A stretch of DNA of 64,000 bases from Klebsormidium nitens. Its lineage: Eukaryota; Plantae; Klebsormidiophyceae. Made by a program: the position numbers and the translations under genes. The notes below the pieces were generated by a model. It saw nothing but the letters and a program-made list of their open reading frames with translations. It had not been told where the DNA came from and searched no databases. How positions within the stretch are numbered: position 1 is the first letter of the stretch; the number at the start of each line of letters is the position of its first letter. Below, one piece after another: positions 23,090 through 37,600 of this stretch. The stretch covers positions 124,001-188,000 of the forward strand of contig DF236956.1 of the NCBI GenBank assembly GCA_000708835.1. Direction: 5' to 3'.

Positions 23090-26000
23090 TCAGTATCCTT
23101 GCAGTATCTCCATCGGAGCTTGCCCGTTGCAGACGCGCGAGAAGTCCATGATCAACTCTGCAAGGAATCCGGAAGAAGTGTCAAGCTTTTATTGGTCTCT
23201 TGGCACCTCGTTTGTTTCTCGAGCGAGACAAGTCCAGGGCTCCACCAAAAGAAGAAAGGATCACCATCCATTTGCAGCATTTCAGGTGTCAAATGAGCAC
23301 CCGAACATGGAAAGCTCAAAAAACTCAGAACGGCTAAGCATGCAGATTATCCAACCCAAGCTTTGCAAGTTTCATTTGGAGTATGACTCAAAGTAAGTAA
23401 GCTTCCGGGTCCTCAGAGCAGCGTGCGACTCAAACAAAAAGCGGGAATACAAATCGCCTTTGCTTTAGTTGGATTCCTTACAAACGTACGAAGTGGGAAC
23501 GAGGTGCCAAAAGTGTGAGCGCTGCGCGCTGACGAACACTAGGAGCCCACCTGTGAACCGCCGCTTTGGTTGAGCCGGTTCCCTCACGACAGCCTCGACA
23601 AAGCGCTCCTTGCCCGGCGTCGAGAGCGTCCCTGGCCGGGCTGGAAAAGCCGGCGACCGTAGGACTGCGGAGATGGCTGCCTGGGTCGCCTGGCGGTACT
23701 GGCACCGGAGGGCGTATAGCGTTTCCGCCAGCGGCTCGAGAAGCGCAGCAGGGCGGCTTGAAGACGCGATCGCAGTCAGAAGCTCCTGCGAAAAAAGGCG
23801 ACAGCAAAGAATGTGAGGCTGCTAGACTTCTCGTCGAATCCAACAGTTGCGGTCGAGAGAGGGGACACAAACGATACGGCCCGGTTGCTCCAGGAAGATT
23901 TGGCCCAAGTTCGCATTGTGGTTACACAGCTTGACCGACATGCATGCTTGGGAGCCAGTACGACAGCCACGAGCCTTCAAGTCATGCAAGACATCTAACT
24001 TGTGCCGCCGACTCTTCCGCCTGCAAAAGCCAGCGACCGTTGCCGTCTCGACCAGTCTCACAACCTCAAACCTCAGCCTGCTTGTGTTGTATATCGGAAA
24101 CACTCACAAATCAACGATGACCCGCCTCTCCTTCCGGTTCAATCATCTCTCTTCAACAAAGAAAGAGCGCCCCCAACCGCCAACTGTATCGGCATCCCTC
24201 AAGCAAGAAAGATTTGCCTCACCTCGACGAGTCGTTGCCCGAGTTGTCCAACCGCGGCGTCGACGTTCCCGCGCAGCTCCTGCGGGAGGCCCCAGTTGGG
24301 CTCCCCGGGCTGCCTGCCAGCGGTGCTCGGCCCCCCGGCGATGCTCTCGGTGAGGAACGCGGCCGCGCTCAGGGCGGGCTCCATCTCCGGGCGTCTCAAA
24401 CACTCTGCAAGATGCAAAATTGGATTATAAAGGTCCTTGTTCTTGTGGGGGTCTGAATACATGGACAAGGAGAAGGGCTGTGAGAAGGTGACCGTCTCCG
24501 GGCGTCTCAAACACTGTGCCATCACACGAGTCGGTTTCTGACGCCAAGTGTTCCCTCCAAAAACATGCGATGAAATAAGAAAGAGAAGGAAAGGGAAGGT
24601 GTCCATGTCCAAGGGTCTGCAAATTGAGTATGACGCTGCTTACTCTTCTTTGTGGACGCGAATGCATGAAACAGGACGGCGTGCGTGCTAGATCTTTTTC
24701 ATGGGCGGCAGAGCTGAATGTCAACTGGTCAAAGAAGCTTGGCATAAGACCAAGCCTGAAAAGAGCCCAACTAAAGGATTCGGGGTCCGAGAACGCCACG
24801 GGTTTCTGACCAGGCGCTCACCAGACGCGCATCGCAGGAGCTCCAGGAACGCGGGCTGCGGCAGGAGCACACGGGGCAGGCACCGGAGCAGCGCGCGCGC
24901 CAGCTGGCACACCGCGCGCAGCGCCTCGAGCGGCTCCTTCGGGCTGACGACCAGACCGCTGACCGCATCGGAACCGCTTCGCGCGAGGCGTTTGGAGGGG
25001 GATCCCTCTGCTGTGTCTTCGGAAGCGGCGAGGCTGCCCAGGAGGATCGGGAGGGAGGCCTGGACGTCGGCGAGCGTGGAGGAGAGGGCGGCCTGGAGGT
25101 CCGGGGACGCGGAGGGGCCGTGCAGGGCGATGATCTGCGGAAAGTTTTTGGCTGTTGTTTAGAAAATGAATCAAAACCCATTGCAGAAGCTCAGGAGACG
25201 TCAAGGGGTTCACGAGAGATACAAGGAGTTACTCAAGGAGCCCAAGTCGATTGCAAGGTGCCCTCCCTTTCATCTCATCGACCGCGATTCGAGATACACG
25301 AAAGTGGGATCCAAATCATAGCTGTAGGTCTGCCGTGCACATGTGATGCACAACCCCGTTCGGGACTCCATATGGTAGTGTGAGCCCACGCCTAGCTTCC
25401 ACTTTCCATCACTTACCTTCTGCTGATCTTCGGAGAGGATCCGTGATCGAACACATTATGCGCTAAGGATCTTGAGCCCGCACATACAGAACGAACGCGG
25501 AACAGCCGGCCTTCCAGAGGCCGGAACGGCCTTAAAGGTAATCAGGACTCCCCTTCATATCGACAACTCGACTCAAGAGACCTTAGCCCTGAACTGATTG
25601 CAGACCGTCTTACCTCTGCCAGACAGTCTAGACTGCCGGGCTCGAGGTGCGTTCTGTACATGGAGACGACTTTGCTGACCACTTCTAAGGTCACCGGAAG
25701 GAGGACGGTGCCCACGTGGCGTGCCACCACTCCCCAAAGGCCGCAGATGGCTGCCGCTACCTGCCGGTAAATCGTTGAGATAGGGAATCATAAGGTGCAA
25801 AAGCAATAGATGCTCCATACGTGCAAGAGATCCCAACCTACAGCTGAACCCTGAGCAAAACTGCAGCGCGAAAACAAACGAGCATCTCAAAGAGACGGGG
25901 CCCGGGCCTGGCGTTGAAGCCGGGCCGACTGTAAGATTGCCGGTCTCTACCAGCTGTCGGCAGCGCCTCTACTTTCCTTTCCATTGTATGCTCTTCGGTG

Positions 26001-29000
26001 TAGAGCAGGTTCTTGTCGATCGCCTTCAGGATCTTAGCGCTTATTACCGAAGCGGTCCTCAGTCTCGAACGTGGTTCATCCAAATCAAAAGAAAATCCTC
26101 ACAGCACATCGACTTTCCAAAGCACACTATGGTGAGAATCACAATGTGCACAGATGCGCACTCAAGAGGAAGCCACCTCGGCTGCGACTTACAGCTGAAT
26201 CATTCGCCCAGTTCGTCGCAATCGCTCCAAGCACGGGCCATGCGTCCTGCAGCGTTCCCAGGGCGGGGTGCGCCTTCCCAGGGACCGGATTGGCGCAGCC
26301 TATGATGGCGGACAGAACTCGCAGGTCGCCGGCGAGGGTTGCGCTCATCCCCATGGACCGTGCCTGTAGAAGCAAACACTCTGTTTTAGATTCCCACAGT
26401 AACACATCTCTCCGCCCAGCGATCCCTCGCTTCCTTCTAATTCCTTATTGCACTCGACTTAGGAAGGTGCCCCAAAAGCGTCTAGAAACGTGGCATCAAG
26501 GCAGACATGCGGCAAGGTTGTTACACCATCAAATCGAATCCGATACGATTGGTTCGAAGAACAAATAATCGGGTCTTTTCGCTTCGAGGCCCGATTGAAT
26601 GCAGATTTGTCAGACATGTCATTCGATTTGGGTACGTCTTTGCTTGTCCATCTCGTCACAAAAACGAGAGCGATCGTGCTTGCTCATCTCGCAAGCAGCC
26701 CAGACAGGATTGATCACCCCTCTTACCTGTGATACCAAGAAGCACGTCCGGGTCATCTCGGTGCCCAGACAGCCCTTGCAATTCCTCTCAGATTCGAAGA
26801 AAGATCCGCGCGTGTCCAGCTGCTAATACCTTAATGCTCACCTTTGCATCCGCTAGTTGTCCGCAGCTCATAATCGCCGGCCCCGCCAGCCTCCGTACCG
26901 CCTCCTCCGAGTGCGGCGGAGGAAGCGCCCCTGCCACCGCGGCCATCGCCTCCGCCAGAGCGATCCGCTCGTCCGTTTTCAATTCCCCACCGGAACCCAT
27001 GATGGCTGCCGCCTGCTCGCACGCGCCAAGAAGAGGAGCGAGCGCCTCCGGGTGGGTTGCAGCCAGGCCGGGAACGGCAATGATGCAGAGGGCACGAAGG
27101 GCGGCGGCCGCGGGGCCACGAGCTGCACAAGAACGATGTTTCGGGTGTTTCAGAATGCATGTGAGGATGTCTTGACGAGGACTTTAAGAGACCGAGTCGA
27201 CGGTTGGAAAGCAGGGCTGCCACATTCGAGGCCGTTTTCGGGCAAAATTCGATATACCTGGGAAGCAACCCTGATGCCCACGCTCCTTGACAACACCAAC
27301 GATATTGTCAGATATTTTCAGTGACGCCTTCTTCCTCTTTCCAATGACGATTTCAACGATATCACTCGTGCTCCGACTTCTCGGTTCGTGGTTCTCTCGA
27401 GTCCTTGATTGGCAACCTCAGACTCGATAATTTGTAGCTCGCCAGAGTCACCTTCAAGCCTCGACTTCTGAATTTAAATCAAGGGCTGATGCGGATGACC
27501 GCAGATCTACATGTTCGGAATTTAGCAGCGAGATTGACCAAGCAGATCAAAAACTTTAGAGCATCGGCAAACTGACCTTCTTGTGAGGAGAGAGCCATGA
27601 CAGCATACGTGATTCCGACTTCCAGTAGGTTTGTCTTGAGAGCAGCGAACGGTGAGTATGCTTCTACCGCTTGGCAAGCGGCGGCTGTCAGGAGTGGGTG
27701 CAAGGGGGTCCCTGCAAGAAAGAGGAAGCTTCTTTGGAGCAGCGAATAGGGCTTTTGGCTTTAAATGCGAAAATGTTGAGTTGCATAAACGCCTTCGCTT
27801 TCGGGTGCACCTTCCTGGTCCAGACAGCTAGATCGTTTCGTGCGAAACCAGGGACTAATACATTCAAAATAACGTGCCCAATGCGAGGTTCGCAATAGAA
27901 GACTCTGCTTTTTGAAAGCGATACTCTCAATTGAAAAGGAAGTCTCGCTAGCGGTTGACCAGAGCGCAGGACAGACTCACAACGTCAGTCTGACACGGAT
28001 AGCCTTGTGCGTTACCTTCTAAAGCCTTCGGTAGGTTCTCATACAGCGACGTCACGAACGCGGCACTGACGCCCTGCTCGTCTTCTCCGCCCGCCGCTCC
28101 CAGAACTCCATTCAATCCTGCCCCCATGGCGGCTGTACAAACGGCCGGGCTGATTGCCCGTGCCACAAAGAGCCCGGCCTCCTTGAGCTGCCACGTGGAG
28201 CCCTGGTGGAGCATGCTGCTGACGTGGCGCAGAATGGCCGTTCCGAGTTCCTTGTGGCAGGCTGCCAGGCTGTCGGTGGCCGAGCTCTCCCGGAAGTGGA
28301 AAAAGTCGTCGCGCTCCAGGTCGGAGTCGTCCCAGGAGGTGAAGTCGGGAGGAAAGGACGAGATGCGCACAATGGCCTGCGAAAAGGACAACAAAATGTG
28401 TACGACGTTCAGGCTCGCAACAAAATGTGTACTCGCTCTCAGGTCCATGGCTCACGCTACGGCCTTTTAGAAGAAGTATACATACATCAGTTTCCTGTCG
28501 GGGTACGTTTTAGGCAGAGGCGGCCTTGCACTTGTAGATGTCAGCCTTTGTCAGATCCACTGCTCGAAACTTTGATGACAAGGTATCTATACCATAATTT
28601 TCTGGAGGCCGACGAAGTCCGAGAAGTCGAATCCCAAAAGGGCCTTCCAAAATAACTGAGACGCACCAAGAAGAGTGTGCACAAGGAAGCTCTCCCTACT
28701 GGAGCATGCCGGCAGTGACTGGGGGGGCGTGTATTTGCTGCCAGAAAAATAGGAAGGCTCGCTCACCTGCAGGACTGCCTCGAAGAGTGGCACCTGAAAC
28801 TGCGGGATGCGCTTGCTCCGTGGAACGGCTGCCATCTTAGGCCAAGCCTCGAGCGCTAGCGCTGCCCCATCAAACCCCAGGCCATCCGCGCCATCAGCCG
28901 TCGCATCCACCAGCCACTCTACCAAAGCCACCGCGTCACTCCCTCCTCTACACAAAAATGGCGCCTCTGCTGCACCAATCGCAGAGCCAAGAACACAGAG

Positions 29001-30900
29001 ACCGTACGCGCGCTTCTCCCGGCTGTCATCATCCAAGCCTGACTGTGCCTGGAGGTGCGCACGCGCAGCCAGAGTTCCCGTCAGGACTGATCGAATTGCA
29101 GATTCTCTGAGTGGAAGGACGTCGACCTCTCGCACTAGGTCTGAGAGGACCATGACCGCTGCATCAAACATGGCCTCGTTTGGTGCTTTGAGAGACTCGA
29201 GGAGCGCAGCCAGGAAGGATGGCGGGAGCTCAGAAAGAGTGATGCCAGCATGACGCCATCTGCAAGGTTGCCGTGAACAAAGAGGCTGTCAGCCGGTCAT
29301 GTACTTGCCTGAGGCCGTCAAGGTTTGGGCATACCTCTCACTCTTGATTGCAGAAAAAGACAACAGCAGATTGTTCCATGTGAAAGATTTGTAATGCCAT
29401 GTCTTTGCAATGTAAAAGATGACATATGAAGCGACTGCCGAACGAATCCGTCATACTGTTTACTCACCTATCCAAGCACAAGAATGCTTTGGCGATGCAT
29501 GCTGGATCAGTGGTGGAGCTGACAAATTGCCAAAGGTATTTCAGGACATTGGAAGAGCACTCTTGCATGGCCTCCACAACCTGCAATCAAGCCATGAACT
29601 GATAAGCTGAAGGGAACACAGGACTGTTTGGGTGCTCGCTGAGAGCCGTCAGAACAAGAGAAACCAGTCAGGCAGATGCAGTCCTGGCAGAGAGCAAGTA
29701 TGTCCCGGATCTGAATCACATACGGTAAGTGCCAAGCACTGAACTTGCTGTTCGATAAGTTCAAAGAAGTAGGTGTGCACCTCACCTCCCACTGATGTGC
29801 TTTTGATCGAAGGACTGTTTCTTCCGCCAAGGATGTGAGCACCTCCAGGGACAGGACACCCAGACCTCCTAACTTGGTGGTACTGGTGGCTGTCTCAATG
29901 AGCTACAAAATGACAAAACAATCGCTTCAGGAGATCAAGCGAAGTAGAAGTGGAAGTCCCACAAAATTCATCCGATGAGCATTACAATTACAAGGTCGAA
30001 CGAACAAATATGACAGAAGTGTTGACTTTGGGATTCTTGCTTGGCTTGATAGTCACTGGGGAAACAGCTGCTTGTTTGAAAAGTTGCATGCAATCAGAAG
30101 TAGACGACTCTGGATGATGGTCCATGGTTGCAATTGGTTCGGAACAGCTGCATATAATAGAAATGATTGGCAAGGCGCAAGCAATACAGACCAGAATTGT
30201 TGTGAAAAAGAGTGACACTGAAGCTGACGGCGAAAGTGTTTGCTTGTCCTTTGAAAAGGTAATCTCAGCTTCTGGGCTGGTCTCTACAGTACTCACCTAG
30301 CACCACCACCAAAGGGATGTTGAAATGCTCTCTAAAAGTCTAAGTTCAGACTGGCTTCCAACTCTTGCATCGGTGAGGCATTCCTTTGTGACCATTTCCA
30401 TTACCTTCTGTAAAGTAAACTGAGAAACGGTGGACCAATCAACTTTACCAGCCACTGACAGTGTTGTGCAGTTCCCGTAGCAAGTGTCTCACCTCATAGC
30501 AAGCTTCTGCTCCAGATACTGCAGCAATTGCAGCGATCACAATGCTCATCCTGGCCCGCACCAGATCGTTCCCAGCCCTCGGCAGAGCATCTAACAGCTT
30601 GTAGTACACGTCCGCTTTCTGGTCTACAGAGAACTGTTGATGGCCATTGTCTGAGCGAACCTTGTGCAGCAACATGTTTAGCGCAAAGAAATGAATGTCC
30701 TGATTTGCTGCATCATAGCTCTGCAATGAAAGCGCCACTGTGATCGGCCACGCTTCCGGACGGACGGCCAACGATGCAAGCCACGCATTCGCCTGCGATC
30801 TGTTCTCAGCATTGCCATCTCGCAGCAGCGTAAGGATTGCATTGCCAGCCTGGCTCACCATCGCCTGCAATTCCGTAGCTTCCTGACCTTGAGCCATCAT
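23090..30900 (-). CDS. Importin-beta family karyopherin, importin-13/transportin-SR (TNPO3/MOS14)-like
   Basis: N-terminal exon MMAQ...NRSQANAWLASL...EAW...HFFALNMLLHKVR; LEVLTSLAEE (LELLTVLPEE-like); DDFFHFRE; W..KEAGLFVARAIS; AAALRALC; HPAL...WPVL; C-terminal LLEPLAETLYAL...KERFV...RRFTELIMDFSRVC...GY* (last exon 23157-23090). Some small internal exons near 29300-30450 are unresolved. Confidence 0.85.
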
Positions 30901-31619
30901 TTGTGGCAAGGGTTTGGGCAATGCTGCTTAGCTTGATAAATAACTTCAACACCTTCTGTCCTCCGGCCAAATGAGGATTGGCGACATTGCCTTTTGAAAT
31001 TTTGTGCTTTGTTTGCTCACGAGCTTTCCTGCATGAGCTTTCCTGCATAAGCTGCTTTCCAAGCGCTAGCTTTCGAAGCGAGGCAAGTACCGCGTCGAAT
31101 CAACACGGCCGTCGGAACCCGCCCAGCGCCTTCGACGTGTTTTCAGTCGAAGCATACTTACGAACGAAACCCTAAAAGTTGGTGAAGCTCTTGTTTCCAA
31201 GGCGTTGTAACAAAACAGGAGCTCGAGCCAGCTCGAGCTTGCACCATTGGATATGGCTTAGCACTGCCGTTAAGAGCATGAGGAAGCGGGTCAAACCATA
31301 AGCAATCCCTGTGTGCTGCCGGCACCATGCTGCTGACCCGGCAGTCGCTGGGTTCCCCCAGATCCTCACCGCTTTGTATATGCTGTTATGGTGGTAGATG
31401 CTGCCTGAAGGCATGGCGCCTATCCAGTTCAACAATCATGTAGCTGCAGCATCATTCAATTCGCAAAGAACCACCAAGTGCACATCTCTTTAGCGCTGCA
31501 TAGCTCGCACGTTGATACCAGCTCTTGAGTACTTCGTAAAGGGACTGCAGCCATCTCTCAGCCTTCAGTCGAGCGGGCAACCAGCTTTTGAATCTCACGA
31601 CACCCCTCCGTACGCAAAG

Positions 31620-34600
31620 ATGGTGGTACCTTTAGAAGTTGAGTTACACAGGAGAGGATCGCTACACGCACCAAAGGAGAAGCACAATGTAGACCGACCT
31701 TGGTCGAATGGATCCAGGGCAGCTCTTCTGTCCAGGAACCCACAGAAGGCATCGGCGGTGGCTAGTGTCAGTCCAGCAGAGGCAGACGGGTCAGCTGTGG
31801 AAGAGGAGAAAAAGCTGCTCGGCAAGCGGGGCCAAAAGCTGAAGCAGGCGGGGAGGATCAACTGCCTGACCTATATCCCAGAGGCGAGAGTGATCGCAGC
31901 TGGCCGCGAGGATGGAAAGCTCCTTCTATGGAAGGTTTGGAAGACCGAAGGTAAGTGCTCACTTGGGAAGAGCTGTCTGGGAGCTCCCTGAGCAGATTGA
32001 CCTTTGGAATGCAATCGTAGGCATTCCAAAGGTACCACAATAGGGCTGCAGAATACATCGTTGGCTCAAGACTTTGGTGCAAGTTCTCATCGACGTGGGG
32101 GCAATCAGTAATGCATGCAAGGTGCCAGATGACTGGTTCGAAAGCAGGCAACCCTTTACATGATGCATCTGCAATCTTCAAGTAGCTGTCATCTGAATCC
32201 CGCACGATGCCATGTGCAGGATGCAACCGAGATGTGACTGTGTTGGCTGGACACAACGGCCGTGTTTCTAGCTTGATCCACATGCCTTCGAATACAAGGG
32301 GTGCAGGATCATATCTCTTGTTCAGCGGGTCTTCTGATCTCAGTATCAAGGTGAGCAGCCTTTAGTGTCTTTCAACAGAGAGATAAATGTGCATTCCTTG
32401 ATGACCAGAGCACTCTTCTAAGCTGGTGACATGGAGTTGGACAACGTGGCCTGCAACAATTAGAGTGATTGTAAAATGAAGGATGCAAGTCCGAATGAGA
32501 CTGTGGTTGTTAATCTGCTGAAGGACAAGCTCATTGCCGGCTGTACAGAAACGCTTCAGACAAGCTATAAACAGTGCGTCATTGTGCAAAATCGAGAATC
32601 GAAGGAGGGGTGATTTCTCACTGCATGATGCTTCCTCCTCTCATATGTCATGTTCTCATATGTTCTGGTTCGGAGTGTCTGTTTCAAAACCGGAATCATC
32701 CGTAGAGACCACATTCAAGGATAATATTACGTGTCAATCAAGTTTTGATCCACGGCGTAGAGAGCGTCAATGAAGATCTTGACCAATCCACTCAACGCAC
32801 AGGTTTGGGACCCGAGCTTGAGAGTCCCTGAGAAGGTTTGCATCCAAACCCTTACGGGCCATGGGGGAACAGTCACCTGCATGGCACTGGTTGGACGGAA
32901 TAACCTCGTAAGCGGCAGTACGGATGCAACAGTCCGTCTCTGGAGGGCAGGGGCCAAGGACCAAGGAGGATCGTCTCCATCATTTACGCTGCACGTAAGT
33001 CCAGCCTGGGGCTAAAAGACAGCCGAAGAAGACGGATTCCTAGAGCCTGATCTCCTTCGCCTGGGAGGTGATGCAGTCCGCATGTGGGAGAATGTCTCAA
33101 AACGGTTTGTTTAAGGATATGACCGGACACGGGTGTTGCATTGCCGTAGTAACTGCCGACAATACGGTGACGGAGTGCCTGGCTTGACTTGCAGCAGCTC
33201 TCGCATAGAGCCCAGCTCCTGTCGCAGATATGGACTAATGCAGTTTGTGCAACTTGCTGGGCTGGTGCTCGTATGCTGGCTGAGAAGGAGCGAGTGCATG
33301 CGCTTTTGTTTAGGGCAAACCGCTTCCCTGACAAGGAAGCACCGAACTTTCAAAGGCCACCTGATCTCAGCAACTAATGCGTCAATCAGCCGTGTGCTTG
33401 TATGTTGGTGCACAAATAAATATTTTCTAATCTGGATTTTTGACGTGTTGCGTCGTATTTGCAGAGGACGATCGCTGTAATGGACGACTGGGTGAACGCC
33501 ATGTCGTTTGACACCACGAGACGAGTTGGCGACCTGGGGATCCTTTACACGGCAGATAGGTGAGGATCTTCTCATAACGCAAAGGCCCAGGAAGGAATCA
33601 TCTCTGCTGCTTCGAGATGGTCAACTACTTTGCCAGCACCCTGCAGGCTGACTGCCTAATGACTGCCTAATGGGATTGACTTCCGAGTCGCGACTGTCTG
33701 GTCGACTAGAGCGTAAATGATCGCTCAAATTACCGACGTCTGTTGCATAGGAAGGCTAGTTCGATGGGATAAAATGGGCTGAAAGAGGAACATACGGAAG
33801 ATTCTGATTGTACATGGAATCCAAGGGCGTTGGTCTCATGCTTTATTCAGATATAGTGGCTGTAAATTCCTGTCGACCAGGCCAGATGCGTTTCGAATGT
33901 AACATTGAAATAGACAAGGCAAAGAGCAGCACACCGGAGCAACTTTGAACTCAACGTACATCTTTACCGTGCAGTGCCGGCGGGGTGACGGCCTTCCTGC
34001 CGCAAGTAGCGGAAGGCATGTGGAGACCCGACGGAACGGCGCCCCTCGACTTCAACCCCGCAGGGGCTGCAACGTCTTACGGTCTCCTTGGGTCAGCTAA
34101 AAGCGTGCGCCTATTTGGGTGAGCGTGCCTGCTGCCCCGTTTTATGGATTCGTTTGAAAAGTAGCAATGTTACAGTTCGACATCAATCAAATATGAAAGT
34201 AATTGTCGACCACAAAGCAGTCACGAAGGGGCGAGCAAGATCTCACTGCGCTTCATGCAATGTAAGAGCACCCCGGATTCTCTTCCGAGATCTACAATGG
34301 GGCAATACGATCAAAGTTGAGAGCGCCTGGTACCTTATATCCCGTTCATTGGTCTCCGCATTTTTTGCTGACTATGAGAACGATGTTCGAACTTTTGAGT
34401 GTTGAAGATCAACGGCAGCCAACGGCTGAATCTTTGCGGATGGCAACAAATACGATCTCACGGAGGTTAGTGTCACCACGGATAACGTTGCAACTTGTAT
34501 CAGCACTCACGGTCGGCAACCAAGCTCTGCACGTACGTTCGTCCGATATGGGCCTCCCTCATCCGCGGCCGGCCCGCCGCAGCCCCTAAACCTCAAACCC

Positions 34601-37600
34601 TGTCCTCTGCAGGATGGGCGCCTCGAGCCGCGGCACTTCGGCCGCCTCCCGCTCGTCCGACAGTCACGGCCTTTCCACCCGGGCGTCATCCCGGGCGACT
34701 GACGTCAGCGTCCCGGCCACCCCGCTTCTCAGTCAGTCGCCTGAAAGCCCAACCCCTCCCCGCACACGCTCTCCAAGTCCTCTTCGCGCGCGCTCGCCCG
34801 AACCTCCAAACCCTCCCCGCGCGCACTCCCCCGGCGCTTCCAGCCGTTCTCCAGCGCGCTCGCCTGATTGTTCAAATTCATCACGCGCGCGCTCACCGGA
34901 CCCTCCGAGCCGTTCCCAAGCGCGCTCGCCCGAACCTCTCAACATACCCTCCGCGCGCACGCCCGAACCCCTGAGCCTCGCATGGCAAGAACGCGCGGCC
35001 GCGCCGCTCGAGCGCATCAGCGAGGGCGTGATCCCCGCCCCGGCGTCGCCTGAGAGGAAGATGAGGATCCCCACGCGCTTCTCGCCGGACGTCGAGGCGC
35101 ACTTGGACGCCAAAGAAGGTGAAAGACGTGCTTCCTTTGTCGGCAGTTGGTGTTGGTTACTTGTGCCGCTTTACGACCTCCGTTCACACTCAGGATCTCA
35201 ACACCGAAACTCATTGGCGATGCGCCCGGTACATATCTGCTGATGGACTGGTCCAGGGTAGGCAGCCTTGTTCGGTCTTGGGACTCCGCTGCATTCAACG
35301 CACACGTGCCTGCTCAAGAATCTTATGAATCCATGACTTTAAGGCAGAAGGATTTGAAAATTTCGAGCGGATGCGCTACACGTCTGCCTTTTCAGTGAGC
35401 AATGTTGGTCATCTCAAAACGGCGGCAATAGTTTTCGCTAACCAATCCGGTTATCACTCCATCAGAAGCTCACGTTTCCTAGCACCACGAAGACGCTAAA
35501 ACCGAAACACGTCAGTGCTTTTCGGTCATCTGTTCTTGCTGGGGAACCCGGGCAACAAACCCGGCGCTCCGGCTCTGCTTTGCAGCAGAAGCGGAGCGCG
35601 AGCGGAGCGGATCCCGTGCATCCACCTCCACCCGGGATGACTCCTCGGCCCCGAGCCTTTGTCGCAACCCGAGCCTGAATGCCAGGAAGGGCAACGTGAA
35701 ACTCGCCCCGGCGCCGGTATCGGTTCAGGTTCCAGCGACCGTGATGTCACCGAAGCCAGCGTTCTTGAGGCTGGAGAAAGCTGGCGTCAGCCACGTGCTG
35801 TACCAAGCGACACAACATTTGGTGAGCTTCGGCAGCATCAGCTTCTTCATCTTCGCTTGCTTTGGCAATTCCAAAAGTAGACGTTGGCAGTACTTAGGAT
35901 AGCTTGATTTCCTTTAGCAACACCCGGAGGGTGCGGACCATCCGTGCTCACTCCTCTCGATCAGTTTCAGTCGGCAAACCGCAGCGAAAGGGCCACCTGA
36001 ATAATCACGGCTTGAAAATTCTTCTACCTTTTGAAAGCTTTGCTAATCAACATGAGCAACAGTCTCCACAAGCCGCATCGTTCCATTCTTAGATTGCCAC
36101 CCGCTTGCGAAGTCACACAACAGTGGGTACGCTCAGAACTGGCTCTGTAAATAACGAGTGATCTCTAGTAACCGGTTACAATTGAGGGGAATTGCACTGA
36201 AGAACCCATCGCCCTCTTTTGAACGGGGGGCCGGCTCCCTTCTTTTCGAAACGCTTCGCTTTTCCCTTATTGCGCCGTTCCACAAACCACATTTCACAAA
36301 GGGCCGATACGTTGCATAGAGAGAATCATTTCAAAGGCCGTATCGGCTATCCTTACAGGTGGTGACGCTGGCGCGAGACCAGAGAGCACGTGCCTACGAC
36401 GAGCAGCGCGGAAGCATGCTGTTTGCGTACGAGAACCCGCACCAGTGCCTCTTCACGGGGGTCGCTTGGGACCGCGCGCATCAAGAGGTGCGTCTGCTCT
36501 GAATTTTAGTCCCTGTGTCATAGACGTGCTGCTGATCTGTGTCGAAATCCTTGAAGTGGGAAGGGAAAGAGCAGTTGAAGACTGAGACGGGCCGTACGCC
36601 TTGGAAGACGGCTATCATTATGACTGGTGGCACGCTACTATTACTACTGGTCTGTTCGTTCAGGACTGGATTCGCAGTCTCTGTGTTGCGTCCAAGAGAG
36701 GAGTGCTTGCCGTGAGTGCTTTGGGTGATAGGTGTCGCCTTAATCGGAAACTTTTCAAGGACTAAGCTGCACATGATCCAGCCAAGTAAGGTTACGGGGA
36801 AAAATGCCCTTCAGCAAAAGATAACCGGTTTTGTTTTTGCTATCACGTGTCAAATTCAAGCAAACTTGAGATAAGTTTTTTCCTTTCGCAGCACTACACT
36901 CCTCGCTCTTGTTATAGAAACGCACACCCTTACAGCTCTTCATAGGATGACTCCCATCGCGTCATGCCATGCGTTACGTCCTTCGCGCTTTGTTCCTTTT
37001 CAGGTCCTCACCTTTGCGCATCCTCACCTGCAGATCATTCTCGTCGACGATGCAGGCTACGTCCACGTGTACAGTCTGCACCTTCCTGGGATCTCCTGCT
37101 CTCAGGTACTTGCAATTAGCGAAAAGTGTCTTTCGGTCCGCTAGCACCTTTCCATTCGAGCAGGGTTGGAGAAATTTGGAGCAGATTGGGACCCTCTCCA
37201 TTCTCAGATAAGAATCTGGTTGAGACTAAGACGACTAAAACGCTGTTCAGTGCTCGATCAGACCTACCCAGAAGGGGCGCGCGCAATCCTTCGGGGCGGG
37301 TGCGTCGGCCTTGGATAAAGGGTCCACCGAGATTGTGACTTCCTTGCGAAGCTGTCTCTTGTCCCTCCGTAGATGTGGCAAAAACTTGACCCCGAGACAC
37401 TCATCCCACGCCTCTCATGAGGAAGCGGCACCTTGGAACGGCAAAAAGCAAAAACTCCAAATGTAGCTTTCTCGAACAAACAGGTAAATGCACGTTAAAC
37501 TAACCAAATCCTCTCCCACAGCAAATTTCGTCGGACGCCTGCACGGGCGTCCTCTTCCTAGACGACTGCGACACCATCGCGGCCGCGTGCGGCGACCACG

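Noticed and set aside
24701-25162. Arg/Ala-rich plus-strand ORF, and similar ones at 28206-28655 and 28807-29253
   Set aside because: Antisense shadows of GC-rich importin exons.
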